Counted from the stretch's first letter, positions 49,701 to 57,030 are shown. The stretch: DNA of 64,000 bases from Phoronis australis (GCA_002633005.1 NMRA01000160.1:79552-143551); one strand, 5' to 3'. Numbers and translations: made by a program. Notes: generated by a model from the sequence alone, not told the origin.

Positions 49701-52221
49701 ATTTGATTAGAAAACATTTAAGTTGTGTCGTAACTTGAACAAACTCATATTACTCATCCGGAAGGCTTGAACGAATAGAGGAACTTAATCTACTCCTGGA
49801 CAAACACTTCATAGGTTATTTGACTTAAGGTCATGTCTTCTCCTGTTTTGGAGTTTAGCCTCAAATTCATGATCAACAACAGTACAGAGTTCCAATTCCT
49901 TATCTGCATAGGATTGCAATATTTCTCATTATGAGCCACGCGTGAGCTCGGAGTCACCCCGGGTACCTCCTACAACATGAAAATAACCACCATCGTGGAA
50001 TAGGATATAAATTGATGCTTAGCAAGAAGAGAATAGCACATTTTCACCTATCGTACCACTGAGATTCAAGTTGGTGGTCTGTTTCCCGAGCACTTGTGAA
50101 TATAAAGTAGAATTACAAGAAGAGAAAAGGAAATCATCTGGGGCAACTGGTCATTTAATGAACTCTTGGGTTCACACATTTGAAATTGGTCGAAATTTGA
50201 GTGCGAAAAACTGAATCGATTTTAGTGAACAAACAAAACATCCACACATGCACATATACATTAATTCTCCTATTATTTTGCTAAAAAAATGATTACTAAA
50301 ATTGTAATTTTTACATTTTTGAAAGGCTGATTACTGCAAATAATGGAGAATGTACTGAAAGTTGTTTGACGACATCTACGCTGTACAAACCATGCTGAAA
50401 ATAGATCAAAATTATCTTTAATCTTAAGTTTATTTTTGTGGGGAAAATTGACAAAATAGAATTTCACTTGTCGGCCATGCAGTGTGCTTAATAAGTAAAA
50501 AATTACCGTACACCTTCCCAACTTTGTTGAATGGAACTAATCACCTCAAGTGTTGAACCGTGCCGTCCTCTTTTTGTTCTGCAGAGGTGAAGACGATCCT
50601 CTTCTTCTGGGCCATCATCATTCTCACCTGGATATTTGGTGGTCTTCACATGGCCATCGGTCATCTGTGGATGCTCATCTTCTTTGTCATCTTCAACATT
50701 GTGCAGGTAACATTTATATAGAAGTCTGCCCCATTCCACTGCACCTCTTGTCAATGAAGAAATACAAGAACCGCACTGTACTAACTGCGTACATTGTCGA
50801 AAACTTTTTAACGTTGTGTAAGACCTTATCGACTTGTCTTTGTATTTAGCCAGATATCTGCAATGCTGCAGATTTTGACTCATTAAATTTCAGGTTTTAC
50901 CCAGCTCTCCATAAGTGTCTTTGTTATTTTATTATTGGAGTTAGGTATCGTAGCTTGCAGAAATCTAAGCAAGAAGTGACAGTGACAAAGGCTTGATTTG
51001 TAACTTAAAGAAAACCTTAAAATTAAAAATAAAATGTCCTTGTAGCATGATAATATTTCATGAAGCTTAATTTTCCGTTAATTTATTCCCTACTGTTGTT
51101 ACAGGGTCTCTATGCCTTCATTGTGTATACAGCGCTGCGTAATCCCTGTCTACCGTGTTTCCGTCCTCAGAAGGCAAGTTATACATTGGACATCAACGAA
51201 TCAGGAAGCCCACCTATCATGTATATTAATCCAACAGGCTCGATGAATGGCAGCATCAAAGGGTCAAGGGCCTCGTTGGTCAATGAGGTCAGTTGGTTTT
51301 CACCTTTCAGAATCTTTGAAGAGTTGCATGTCATGTTCATTGAGGCATAGCGGTTCATGCACCGGGTTTGCAAGCACAAGGTCATGGGTTCCCATAGCCT
51401 CCTCCTGAATTCATCACTCTTCTTTTGTGGAGGTAGAAAAAGTACATTGCATATCTGACCTACTTTTCGGCTCTGCACTGATTTTTGCTGTCTTGTGGTT
51501 ACACGTCTATATCAGTCTTTTCATGATAGTTAGGCTGTAACTAACATTAGAACTTTCAGATGATGCCACAACCAGCCATCACATTTGTTAAGAAATGGCT
51601 GATTAACTAAACCTTATTTTCCCATGCATACTTAGAAGCTTTCATCACAAATGACCAGGTGTAGCATGAGTGTTATAAATGACCCTGTCTAAGCACTGTT
51701 TCTTTTAACAGGACCTGGTGTTTTTGAGAAACATTTCTAGTGAAATTGATATTTTGTGACATTTACAGACATGTACGAGGAATTTCGAAACTAACTAAGA
51801 ATCGTAAATTTTATTTCTTGACATTTTCCAGTTGTTGCTTATTTTGGGTATGTATAGAAACCATGCATGGCCAGTTGAGTTGAGTTTTCCATACTTCTTT
51901 CAAGTCGAGTTTTTATTTGTATTTCAGAGCTGGGAGCATGACTCCATTGGCAACGGTATCCCTGGTAGCCAAATGAGGGTCAAAAGGTCTCCAGCCCCAG
52001 CCAATGTTTATATAACCAATCCAATGCACTCACCTGATGAAAACGACCATGGAGGAGAGTCACAAGACTTTGATGACCTCATCTTTGCTTTGAAAACTGG
52101 GGGCAGCTTCGCACCTGAGGACAGCGGGCTGGACCCCCTACAGGATGATGAACAGCCATCAGCCAGTGATGATCAAGCGTATGGTCTACGGAGGATATCA
52201 ATAGCTGACACACATCTGTAG
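390..52221 (+). CDS. ADGRV1: Adhesion GPCR V1 (VLGR1/GPR98) ortholog, 5'-partial, 53 exons in window, about 3300 aa
   Basis: 53 GT-AG exons with consistent phases (9916 nt, first base completes a split codon). Calx-beta motifs (ND.P.G...F, R..G..G.V.V, DD..PE..E.F), EAR repeats, GPS VECSCKHMSSYAVL, 7TM segments and C-terminus RRISIADTHL match the known ADGRV1 architecture and PDZ-binding tail. Confidence 0.96.
989..1229. mobile_element. Tc1/pogo-type MITE (about 240 bp), member of a family with several copies in window
   Basis: TA|CAGTAAAATCTCACTAATTT ... AAATTGATGAGATTTTGCCA|TA imperfect TIRs. Confidence 0.55.
1611..1752 (+). CDS. ADGRV1: ADGRV1 exon w2 (Calx-beta)
   Basis: ttttag|...|gtaaga; TLYFAAGESRKEITVQIFDDSEAEPEESFEVVL. 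Confidence 0.92.
2072..2322 (+). CDS. ADGRV1: ADGRV1 exon w3 (Calx-beta)
   Basis: ttccag|...|gtatgg; VVTILNSDGASGYVTF...LTRGPGFFGQVTV. Confidence 0.92.
2709..2893 (+). CDS. ADGRV1: ADGRV1 exon w4 (Calx-beta)
   Basis: ccccag|...|gtgagt; QDNIPELDEVFMVRL...ANDSPYGLF. Confidence 0.92.
3074..3300. mobile_element. Same Tc1/pogo-type MITE family, decayed
   Basis: tatggtaaaatctca ... aaattggtgaggttttg ends. Confidence 0.4.
4076..4335 (+). CDS. ADGRV1: ADGRV1 exon w5 (Calx-beta start, first EAR blade)
   Basis: aacag|...|gttggt; ISVEEDSGLVHVDVVRTQGMLGKV. Confidence 0.88.
4829..4926 (+). CDS. ADGRV1: ADGRV1 exon w6 (EAR)
   Basis: tttcag|...|gtaata; SVLYRWQGALVPIQ. Confidence 0.88.
6029..6175 (+). 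CDS. ADGRV1: ADGRV1 exon w7 (EAR)
   Basis: ttgtag|...|gtaaga; SLETDGAVRATSFTEGGKTYLVVIN. Confidence 0.9.
6644..6915 (+). CDS. ADGRV1: ADGRV1 exon w8 (EAR)
   Basis: ttctag|...|gtgagt; LQNLPTRGASDV...STLGASAVTAFVIGGDTYLAIAN. Confidence 0.92.
7655..7917 (+). CDS. ADGRV1: ADGRV1 exon w9 (EAR)
   Basis: tttcag|...|gttagt; QRIPSKGAVDIKSFSVDGTTYLVLAN...VFKWD. Confidence 0.92.
8580..8805 (+). CDS. ADGRV1: ADGRV1 exon w10 (EAR end)
   Basis: cttcag|...|gtatgt; HLAFASRDGGSVIYSWD...SDFVP. Confidence 0.9.
9282..9486 (+). CDS. ADGRV1: ADGRV1 exon w11 (Calx-beta)
   Basis: tttcag|...|gtaaga; LTFEPGQ...PDDFPEDTETF...NDDAHGVIEF. Confidence 0.92.
9883..10041 (+). CDS. ADGRV1: ADGRV1 exon w12
   Basis: caaag|...|gtgagt; ITLNVDRKAGLSGRVVVRW. 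Confidence 0.85.
11026..11173 (+). CDS. ADGRV1: ADGRV1 exon w13
   Basis: tttcag|...|gtaagg; VEFADG...DDQLPELDE. Confidence 0.92.
12819..12990 (+). CDS. ADGRV1: ADGRV1 exon w14
   Basis: acccag|...|gtgagt; ANDSPHGVVSW. Confidence 0.9.
13717..13846 (+). CDS. ADGRV1: ADGRV1 exon w15
   Basis: tcgtag|...|gtaagt; QAVSGQDYV. Confidence 0.9.
13876..13975. repeat. (GTT)n / (GTTCTT) compound microsatellite
   Basis: Direct inspection. Confidence 0.9.
13992..14248. mobile_element. Same Tc1/pogo-type MITE family, decayed
   Basis: tatggtaaaatctt...gacaaaa / ttttgtccaaaatttgtgagatttcgcc ends. Confidence 0.45.
14308..14484 (+). CDS. ADGRV1: ADGRV1 exon w16
   Basis: tcatag|...|gtaagt; DNEPEAAETF...ENDNARGVIEF. 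Confidence 0.92.
14675..14914 (+). CDS. ADGRV1: ADGRV1 exon w17
   Basis: ttctag|...|gtagga; LRSIGFFGAVTVTW...DDQIAEPIE. Confidence 0.9.
15250..15540 (+). CDS. ADGRV1: ADGRV1 exon w18
   Basis: ttctag|...|gtaggg; KNDSPNGMFEF. Confidence 0.9.
15771..15892. mobile_element. Small fold-back element (about 30-bp imperfect inverted repeats)
   Basis: ctactgagctaagcacatagttcaaggca versus tggcatggagctatgtgcttagcttattag. Confidence 0.6.
16098..16326 (+). CDS. ADGRV1: ADGRV1 exon w19
   Basis: ttccag|...|gtgagt; PDAILEGEERF. Confidence 0.92.
17076..17425 (+). CDS. ADGRV1: ADGRV1 exon w20
   Basis: tcacag|...|gtgagt; RGVGIFGRVRVEW...ASDYPHGSFEF. Confidence 0.92.
17937..18172 (+). CDS. ADGRV1: ADGRV1 exon w21
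   Basis: caccag|...|gtaagt; GTATAGQDF...DNLPEGPEAFYVNL. Confidence 0.93.
18830..18975 (+). CDS. ADGRV1: ADGRV1 exon w22
   Basis: gtttag|...|gtatgg; KNDNAEGTLTF. Confidence 0.88.
19645..19887 (+). CDS. ADGRV1: ADGRV1 exon w23
   Basis: tttcag|...|gtgagt; RQGGSFGPVGV...DDPDQEMGE. Confidence 0.92.
20863..21038 (+). CDS. ADGRV1: ADGRV1 exon w24
   Basis: caacag|...|gtaagt; KSDYPNGKFGF. Confidence 0.92.
21520..21644 (-). mobile_element. tRNA-derived SINE head
   Basis: Minus strand ggaggcagtgTGGCTTGGTTGAtaagtgcccg...gtcgtgGGTTCAAGTCCcaccaggtcacac, i.e. Pol III A and B boxes without a good acceptor stem. Confidence 0.65.
22755..23030 (+). CDS. ADGRV1: ADGRV1 exon w25
   Basis: tttcag|...|gtgagt; LKWQIMGP...WEVQKIF. 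Confidence 0.9.
23732..23881 (+). CDS. ADGRV1: ADGRV1 exon w26
   Basis: ccccag|...|gtaaga; KHGDPNGIVRF. Confidence 0.92.
24205..24425 (+). CDS. ADGRV1: ADGRV1 exon w27
   Basis: ccgcag|...|gtgagt; PDDVAELSETF. Confidence 0.92.
25091..25250 (+). CDS. ADGRV1: ADGRV1 exon w28
   Basis: catcag|...|gtgagt; YNDDPHGVF...RNAGTFGRVRV. Confidence 0.92.
26189..26348 (+). CDS. ADGRV1: ADGRV1 exon w29
   Basis: ctacag|...|gtacgg; FTVELTSVQY. Confidence 0.85.
26533..26661. repeat. 15-bp minisatellite (AACTTGCAGTWTTGC), about 8.5 copies
   Basis: Direct tandem copies; explains the LQYCN repeat ORF. Confidence 0.92.
27024..27137 (+). CDS. ADGRV1: ADGRV1 exon w30
   Basis: ttccag|...|gtatgt; VPQEAANSEVGF. Confidence 0.88.
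27350..28294. mobile_element. Possible TTAA-flanked (Kolobok-like) non-autonomous element
   Basis: TTAA|GGTGGTAAGATT ... AGTCTTATTGCC|TTAA short imperfect TIRs. Confidence 0.35.
28437..28618 (+). CDS. ADGRV1: ADGRV1 exon w31
   Basis: ttgcag|...|gtgaga; RIGSYGKISIDW. Confidence 0.9.
29352..29534 (+). CDS. ADGRV1: ADGRV1 exon w32
   Basis: gtacag|...|gtaggg; EIEPMGVIQFAANSR. Confidence 0.9.
29651..31257. mobile_element. 1.6-kb non-autonomous DNA transposon with perfect 38-bp TIRs
   Basis: ATATGTGACCCACCACCACAAAATGAGTCTTAAGTCGG at 29651-29688 and its exact reverse complement at 31220-31257. Confidence 0.9.
31993..32154 (+). CDS. ADGRV1: ADGRV1 exon w33
   Basis: cactag|...|gtgaga; VQRLYGTLKSVKIRYST. 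Confidence 0.9.
32609..32846 (+). CDS. ADGRV1: ADGRV1 exon w34
   Basis: gtttag|...|gtgagt; KDNIPENDEDFFVNL...NSDPNGVL. Confidence 0.92.
33218..33402 (+). CDS. ADGRV1: ADGRV1 exon w35
   Basis: tcctag|...|gtgtgg; GTFGTISVRVRTIGGGE...ATAGVDY. Confidence 0.88.
33688..33828 (+). CDS. ADGRV1: ADGRV1 exon w36
   Basis: acatag|...|gtaagt; ILDDAEPESDETVVVYL. Confidence 0.92.
34615..34720. repeat. Inverted (TG)n-(CA)n microsatellite
   Basis: (GT)~16 then gcaagc then (AC)~25. Confidence 0.95.
34748..34906 (+). CDS. ADGRV1: ADGRV1 exon w37
   Basis: atgcag|...|gtaagg; KRNDLWNGLIGF. Confidence 0.9.
35483..35611 (+). CDS. ADGRV1: ADGRV1 exon w38
   Basis: ccacag|...|gtaagt; VGWAADF...CPAYTTLC. Confidence 0.88.
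36674..36819 (+). CDS. ADGRV1: ADGRV1 exon w39
   Basis: ctccag|...|gtttgt; PSDDPNGLIQF. Confidence 0.88.
37597..37801 (+). CDS. ADGRV1: ADGRV1 exon w40
   Basis: tttcag|...|gtaatt; RRAQGMSGQVNVTY. Confidence 0.9.
38291..38511 (+). CDS. ADGRV1: ADGRV1 exon w41
   Basis: ctacag|...|gtaagt; PLPKLFQVRLNSPTGGARL. Confidence 0.9.
39566..39676 (+). CDS. ADGRV1: ADGRV1 exon w42 (GAIN helical region)
   Basis: tttcag|...|gtatgt; phase 2-2 open frame ILTSLLQVVQ... Confidence 0.8.
41022..41177 (+). CDS. ADGRV1: ADGRV1 exon w43 (GAIN)
   Basis: tggcag|...|gtgagt; LDIFCALLSSVRTDATRG. Confidence 0.88.
41803..41939. repeat. 66-bp direct tandem duplication (2 copies)
   Basis: ttattagcttgagtttgacagat...gattaatcccc repeated at 41803 and 41869. 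Confidence 0.92.
42680..42827 (+). CDS. ADGRV1: ADGRV1 exon w44 (GAIN)
   Basis: ttccag|...|gtgagt; PDTINGYEY. Confidence 0.88.
43193..43356. mobile_element. MITE, 35-bp inverted repeats (1 mismatch)
   Basis: attcaagaaaataactacggttttaaaacttgaca versus tgtcaagttttaaaaccgtagttattctcttgaat. Confidence 0.8.
43679..44003. mobile_element. Fold-back MITE with about 80-bp imperfect inverted repeats
   Basis: caaactttgttgaaaacacgactaaactttttgtttgaaagctt...ggaacagtcctttct mirrored at 43918-44003. Confidence 0.8.
44131..44312 (+). CDS. ADGRV1: ADGRV1 exon w45 (GAIN)
   Basis: gcgcag|...|gtaagt; MEYNSEQWF...NKVLSV. Confidence 0.9.
44860..45064 (+). CDS. ADGRV1: ADGRV1 exon w46 (GPS autoproteolysis site, Stachel, start of TM1)
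   Basis: cttcag|...|gtgagt; CAYY..W..C..VECSCKHM|SSYAVL. Confidence 0.95.
46650..47349 (+). repeat. About 90-bp tandem array (about 8 units) duplicating the intron/exon w47 junction
   Basis: Unit atatttgtgatatcatcatatcactattctacattacag|gctggcctagtcctggctatactctcacatcac...; AG ends at 46681, 46772, 46937, 47029, 47119, 47209, 47299. Confidence 0.93.
47300..47404 (+). CDS. ADGRV1: ADGRV1 exon w47 (TM1 end, ICL1, TM2)
   Basis: ttacag|...|gtaagt; AGLVLAILSHHICSMYTMFSAGLLMHMCFAALATQ. Upstream duplicated acceptors make the 5' edge ambiguous. Confidence 0.85.
48023..48163 (+). CDS. ADGRV1: ADGRV1 exon w48 (ECL1, TM3)
   Basis: ctatag|...|gtaagg; CIVMGVFMHYFFLAQFTWMLTQ. Confidence 0.95.
48546..48967. 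mobile_element. Harbinger-like MITE copy 1
   Basis: TIR cagtcccaaataggacaactcaacta / tagttgagtccctacttgggactg; homologous to 56200-56581. Confidence 0.7.
49015..49208 (+). CDS. ADGRV1: ADGRV1 exon w49 (ICL2, TM4, ECL2)
   Basis: ccgcag|...|gtgagt; LVMNDEHTDRKYVLFFLLGWGLP. Confidence 0.95.
49203..49262 (+). repeat. 25-bp tandem duplication of the exon w49 donor site
   Basis: agacatgtgagtgactggttttgtc x2 plus a partial third copy. Confidence 0.92.
49435..49592 (+). CDS. ADGRV1: ADGRV1 exon w50 (TM5, ICL3)
   Basis: tttcag|...|gttagt; CFITNG...QVTPQWQAYDDVYRGR. Confidence 0.95.
50585..50706 (+). CDS. ADGRV1: ADGRV1 exon w51 (TM6, TM7)
   Basis: ctgcag|...|gtaaca; ILTWIFGGLHM...WMLIFFVIFNIVQ. 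Confidence 0.95.
51105..51287 (+). CDS. ADGRV1: ADGRV1 exon w52 (TM7 end, C-tail)
   Basis: ttacag|...|gtcagt; GLYAFIVYTALRN. Confidence 0.92.
51928..52221 (+). CDS. ADGRV1: ADGRV1 terminal coding exon w53 with PDZ-binding motif
   Basis: tttcag|...ESQDFDDLIFALKTG...RRISIADTHL TAG. Confidence 0.95.
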   Translation, partial: SWEHDSIGNGIPGSQMRVKRSPAPANVYITNPMHSPDENDHGGESQDFDDLIFALKTGGSFAPEDSGLDPLQDDEQPSASDDQAYGLRRISIADTHL

Positions 52222-53918
52222 TACAGAACGATGATGCAGTACATGATAGAATAGTGAATAGTGTAACAACTCTTATTCTATTTGGCACACAATATGGTGG
52301 ACAAGTGGAATAGGTCCATCCTTGATTGAACTCTCCTGTTACGCGGAGATGGAAAATACATTGCATGACTGACCTACTTTTCATGTCATGAATCCCCACT
52401 TGATTAGGAAGGGAAGCACATCCAACACTGATATTTGACCTTTTGGCCTATTTCTTGGTGTCGGCACTGCAACTCAAAATAGAATAATGCAAGTTTGCCT
52501 GTATTACAACTATGAATTAGATAATAATTGGGATGTGAGGTAATACCCAGTGCATTCATTTGTTAAGAAGCAGGACAAGTGCTTGACACATGCGTTGCAT
52601 TCTGGGTAATTACCTTAGAATGAGAATGGTGCTGTGCTATTTCAGGATGGACCTACTCCATTTTGTTAAATTTCTTGAGATAGATATACATTGAGCAAAT
52701 TCTACATTTATGTGAGAATGGTTAATGCTGCTCATGTTTTGCAGTCTGAGAAAATTCAGATTACGTGTGGCAAATAGTAGGCCCGTGGCAAATGTAAAAA
52801 CAACAATTTTCGACATTTTTGTGTGAAATAATTGAAGAATTACTGACATAGTGAAGCGATTGTATTGGATACCACAATTGCTAATTGTGTTGTGTGCCGA
52901 TGAAGTGAAACACACTACTTAAGATTTTTACTTTGTGCTCTAGTGTTTCTGGCGACAAATAAGCATTATTCATTAATTTGTTATCCTTTCAAAAGACCTT
53001 CTCTTTCATAGTGTAAATGTGTCAGCCACAAATGATCCGTCCGTATTTACATAAGTATATATAACACTACAGATGTGTTACAATTCACCATTAAAGGAGG
53101 TGAAAATTACGCTTAAAATCCCACATAGTGCTAATTAGGTCAAGCTGAAATTGCAAACTTCGAACGGGAATAAACCAAGTTAGCCTTGGCAATTCTTCCC
53201 CTTCAAGCAATCACTGAATGCCGTCCACTCCATTTCTTTAGGAACTGTAATGGGCCATATTGAGAGTTACAGCGATGGCTTTACATGGAGCTTTAACACT
53301 GATCAATGTGAATCGTTTTATTGTTATATTTCCGTCATTTCAATATTTATTTGTAAAATCTGAAACCATTGTGAATTTCTATGTATAAGACAGTGCCTGT
53401 ATTATTTGTCTTTAGGCGTGTTTCCAGTACAAATGAGTGTTCGTATAACTTGCGTAACACCATTGTGCACTAGTCGGATTTTCGCTCAACTTTCAGCACC
53501 AATTTCCGCAGTGCTGTTCTTCTCGTGCACGTGGTCCGTCAGATAATTTGGATTTCGCCTAACTCGGATAAGATCTCAGTTTGGTTGGATCTGATTTACC
53601 ATTCCCATAAGGCTCACTAGTTCTGCTTCCGTCACGGATATGCCAAATGCCTATGTTCCATTGTGCTAGGCAAGGCTGTATGTTGACTTTATTTTATTTT
53701 TTTGTTTTTCATTTTAACAGCAGGGTTAGCATTGCAATGTACTTACTTCAAGGGTTGATTATTCTTTTGTACATTCTGAACATTCCAGTCTAGTTCTCTC
53801 TGACATTCCAACTTTTGTTACCCTACATTCTCACTGAACCAGTTCATTTGTATTTGTGCATTCAACATTGCCATAGAGTTTTGCCATCTTTGATGTGTTT
53901 TAGTTACAGTGTTACATG

Positions 53919-54283
53919 AGTGTCGTCCACACACAGACCTGCCCTGGAACAAATTACTCCTGGAACGAGTTGTCACTAGGTTTGGAGGATGTGTGGATGC
54001 TGTTTAAACTAGTGCAACTTACCCCACTTGCGACAACTTACTCCACAGTATCGAGTAATGCTTACTTGTTCTAGGGTAACTTGAGCCATTTCTAATTGCT
54101 GTGTGGTCGCAAAAATGGTAAGACGGAAGTAATTATTAGTTTTGCATTCCTACCAGCTGTCCATCATCCTGCACAGAACCATAACTTCCGCCTGAGACTA
54201 GTTTTTGAGTATATGTGTGTGTGGACGCTCCACTTAAAAGTGGGGGTAATTTGTTCTAGGGTAGGCTGTATGTAGACAGGACT
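53919..54283. mobile_element. PIF/Harbinger-like MITE inside the putative 3'UTR
   Basis: About 40-bp imperfect TIRs: agtgtcgtccacacacagacctgccctggaacaaattactcc versus gggggtaatttgttctagggtaggctgtatgtagacaggact. Confidence 0.75.
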
Positions 54284-54490
54284 ATCCCTATGTAAGTCCT
54301 TGTGTATTAAGGAATCTCATTTCTGACTAGTGTTTAAAGACTTTTGTGCCGTCCAACATTAGTAATGCTCAGTGATCTACTGTTATTTTCTAGTAAACAT
54401 CTCCTTTTAGAGTCTTTTTATAAATAGTAAACATTATTGATGTGCATTTTTATAATGTGTAATTTTTCAAGTGTATCCTGTGTGAATATT

Positions 54491-54496
54491 AATAAA
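54491..54496 (+). promoter_or_regulatory. Candidate polyadenylation signal of ADGRV1 (implies about 2.3 kb 3'UTR)
   Basis: AATAAA in a U-rich context about 2.3 kb after the stop. An earlier AATAAA at about 53169 is an alternative. Confidence 0.5.
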
Positions 54497-55309
54497 CATT
54501 GCTTTTGAATTAAATCCAGTTTCAACAAGGCGTTTCACTTGGTGATTAGAAATTGTGTCTTCCACATCGGTTTCCTATAACAGCTTTGTACAGCAACTTT
54601 AGTTTTCGTATATTTTGGGTTAGCTCAGATAACATTTACTAGTGAGTAGCATTAAAGTGGCATTAAACGTGAAAAACAGACTAAATTGCATTATTCAAAG
54701 TGGTTCTTTACCTGAAACAGAAGTCAAATTGTTCACCATGTATTTTTGAGGTTTGTTCATAAAGACTTTGAATTTCTGTCAAAGCATTTCTTCTTAAGTT
54801 TCAGATTAAAAAATCTGTCAGCTGCTATTAACTTCTATTTTTCTCCCACAAGACAAAGCGCTTACAAGTTGTCAACGAATACAACATGCATCTTGTTGAG
54901 GTAGATTATGTTAAGATAGCGACGTTGTTCAGTTCCTGCAATAAATTAGCATAGTTAGGAGTATGCAAATACCTCTTTAAGAATTGACACATAATTGCTA
55001 ATTACTCAAATAGTATCCATCTCCTAAACTGTAATGTGAAAACAATTGGACTGATTTTTTTATTCACTAATAGCGATCAAAGCAGCAGGGTAAAACAAAA
55101 GTTCTCGCTTGAGTCTCCATGAAACGGGAGTTCAGATTGAGATCTGCATTTAGAGTAAAACTGGAGATGTTTGCGATGTACTCGTTCGAAACGGAAAGGA
55201 CAACACCTGTGTGTAACCGATTATTTCGTTAAGCGGTTCAAAGTAAACAAGAAAGTGACCGTGGTATGTTACTGACTTGAAGTATCCCGTAAGTACGCTA
55301 GAGATGACG

Positions 55310-55594
55310 CATGCGCGCACCCAGGGGGGGGGGGTTCGGTGGGCCGGGCTTGAATGAGCCCCCTCCCCCCACAGCCCATTTGGCGAAGTGGGCAAAAAGG
55401 TTCGCCTCAGAGAAATAAAAGTCCGGAAAAGTAGAAAACGAGAAATTAGGCCAATAAAAAAGGCACGTATTCGGCGAATGCACAATGCATAGCTCTGAAC
55501 GTACCCCGTTTATTACTTTTTAAATTTTTTTTAGTAAAAGGTACACATTCTTATAAAATCGAGCAACCCTATTTTTAGGCTGAGTGCGCGCATG
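55310..55594. mobile_element. Short TIR element with internal G/C runs
   Basis: catgcgcgcacccag ... ctgagtgcgcgcatg (14/15 inverted); no TSD seen. Confidence 0.7.
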
Positions 55595-55945
55595 TGAAGT
55601 TGCCCCACTTGGCCCGGTAGTCGAATTAGGCCTTTTACTTTCAAGAAGAGTCAGCCTCGTAACGTTCCTTGCCGTGATGTGATTTCACGCCGCTACCAAG
55701 TGTTCGCCAACCGTTTTCTTGGATGTTCATGATCGGTAACGGAAACAGAACCACATCACGCAAAGAAAATGACTTGAAGCTGATTTTATTAGAGTAAAAA
55801 GCCGGATTGGATGTTCCTTTTTAATCAGCCAAGTAGGTCAAAGTGCAGCTTTAAACTTTGAAAGCTAGTATGTACATTTCCCCAAGTTAAAACTGGCTGA
55901 AAACGAAAATCGAGTTAGACCTCCGGCCCCAGTCACAAGGTATAA

Positions 55946-55946
<1 letters not shown>

Positions 55947-56008
<62 letters not shown>

Positions 56009-56035
56009 TGCGTGCGTGCGTGTGTTGTGTGCGCC
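55947..56035. repeat. (TG)n microsatellite
   Basis: Direct inspection. Confidence 0.95.
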
Positions 56036-56199
56036 ATGCAAGAACAATTACTAATTCGAAATTACAAAATTCATTACAAGTAATAAACACACATTTCAGA
56101 TTTCTTGTCAATCAGTTAAAAGTCTACGTATTTCTTCTGCTTTTATGAAATCTGCGCTGATTTCTAATAATATTCAAATTTTAATTTTAACTTAAATGT

Positions 56200-56581
56200 T
56201 CCCAGTTGCATGAAACAGTCCCAAATAGGGACTGAACTAAGTTCCCTTAATCTACTGCGTATTTGCAGGCTTGTGAAAACACTGATTGTCCTTATTATGC
56301 AGTTTGAGTATAATTACCACCAAATTTTCACCTTGTGAACTCTGCGTCATTGAATTCTCAGTATTACTGGTAATAAGCAGCGATCTAATTATTTTGATTG
56401 AATTAAGGGCTCAGTTATTAGTTATATTATTAGAAAATGTCATTAGTCAAAGAAGAGCTCATAATAAAGATAAAATGGTACAAAAATAATACATCTGTGA
56501 GTAATGAACGAACCAAATATGCAAAACATTTAGGGAACTTAGTTGAGTCATTATTTCAGTGGGGCTGTTTCATAGAACCGG
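56200..56581. mobile_element. Harbinger-like MITE copy 2
   Basis: cccagttgcatgaaacagtcccaaatagg start shared with 48546; inverted end gggctgtttcatagaaccgg. Confidence 0.7.
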
Positions 56582-56890
56582 TCACATAAGCGCTGTCCAG
56601 TCGCATCATCAACAACTGTGAGATATCTTAGTCTTACGTGAAGATAAAGCAGACGAAATTGCAAAAATGAATATCAGTTTTCACAGAGTTCAAATAAGTA
56701 CAACATGGACAACGTCTCGAATCGCACTCTCAACACCTCCCCGTTTACCTTCCACAATCCTCAAATGATGATGGTGAACATTTAAATCGTGCCAAAAAGA
56801 TAATACTTTTCTACACCTGTTACGTATATACTCGACAAACAGAGTAGTTACCTATCGGGGGCCAGTGTTTATGTGTTTGAAGTTGTGGAC

Positions 56891-57030
56891 CTAGCTTTCG
56901 ACCGAGACCGTCCGGGCCCTTCGTCAGCCACCAGGTGGGGCTGAACAACCACCAAGGACCACCTACTTATGTGACACGAAGACTCCCGACAGTACCCCCG
57001 ACGACGGGAACAGGACGGGCTCGAGAGCTA
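56891..57030. other. Inverted pair of hammerhead-like (CTGANGA...GAAA) motifs, Penelope-like relic
   Basis: Minus strand CTGACGAagggcccggacggtctcggtcGAAAgcta; decayed plus-strand mirror at 56998-57030. Confidence 0.4.
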
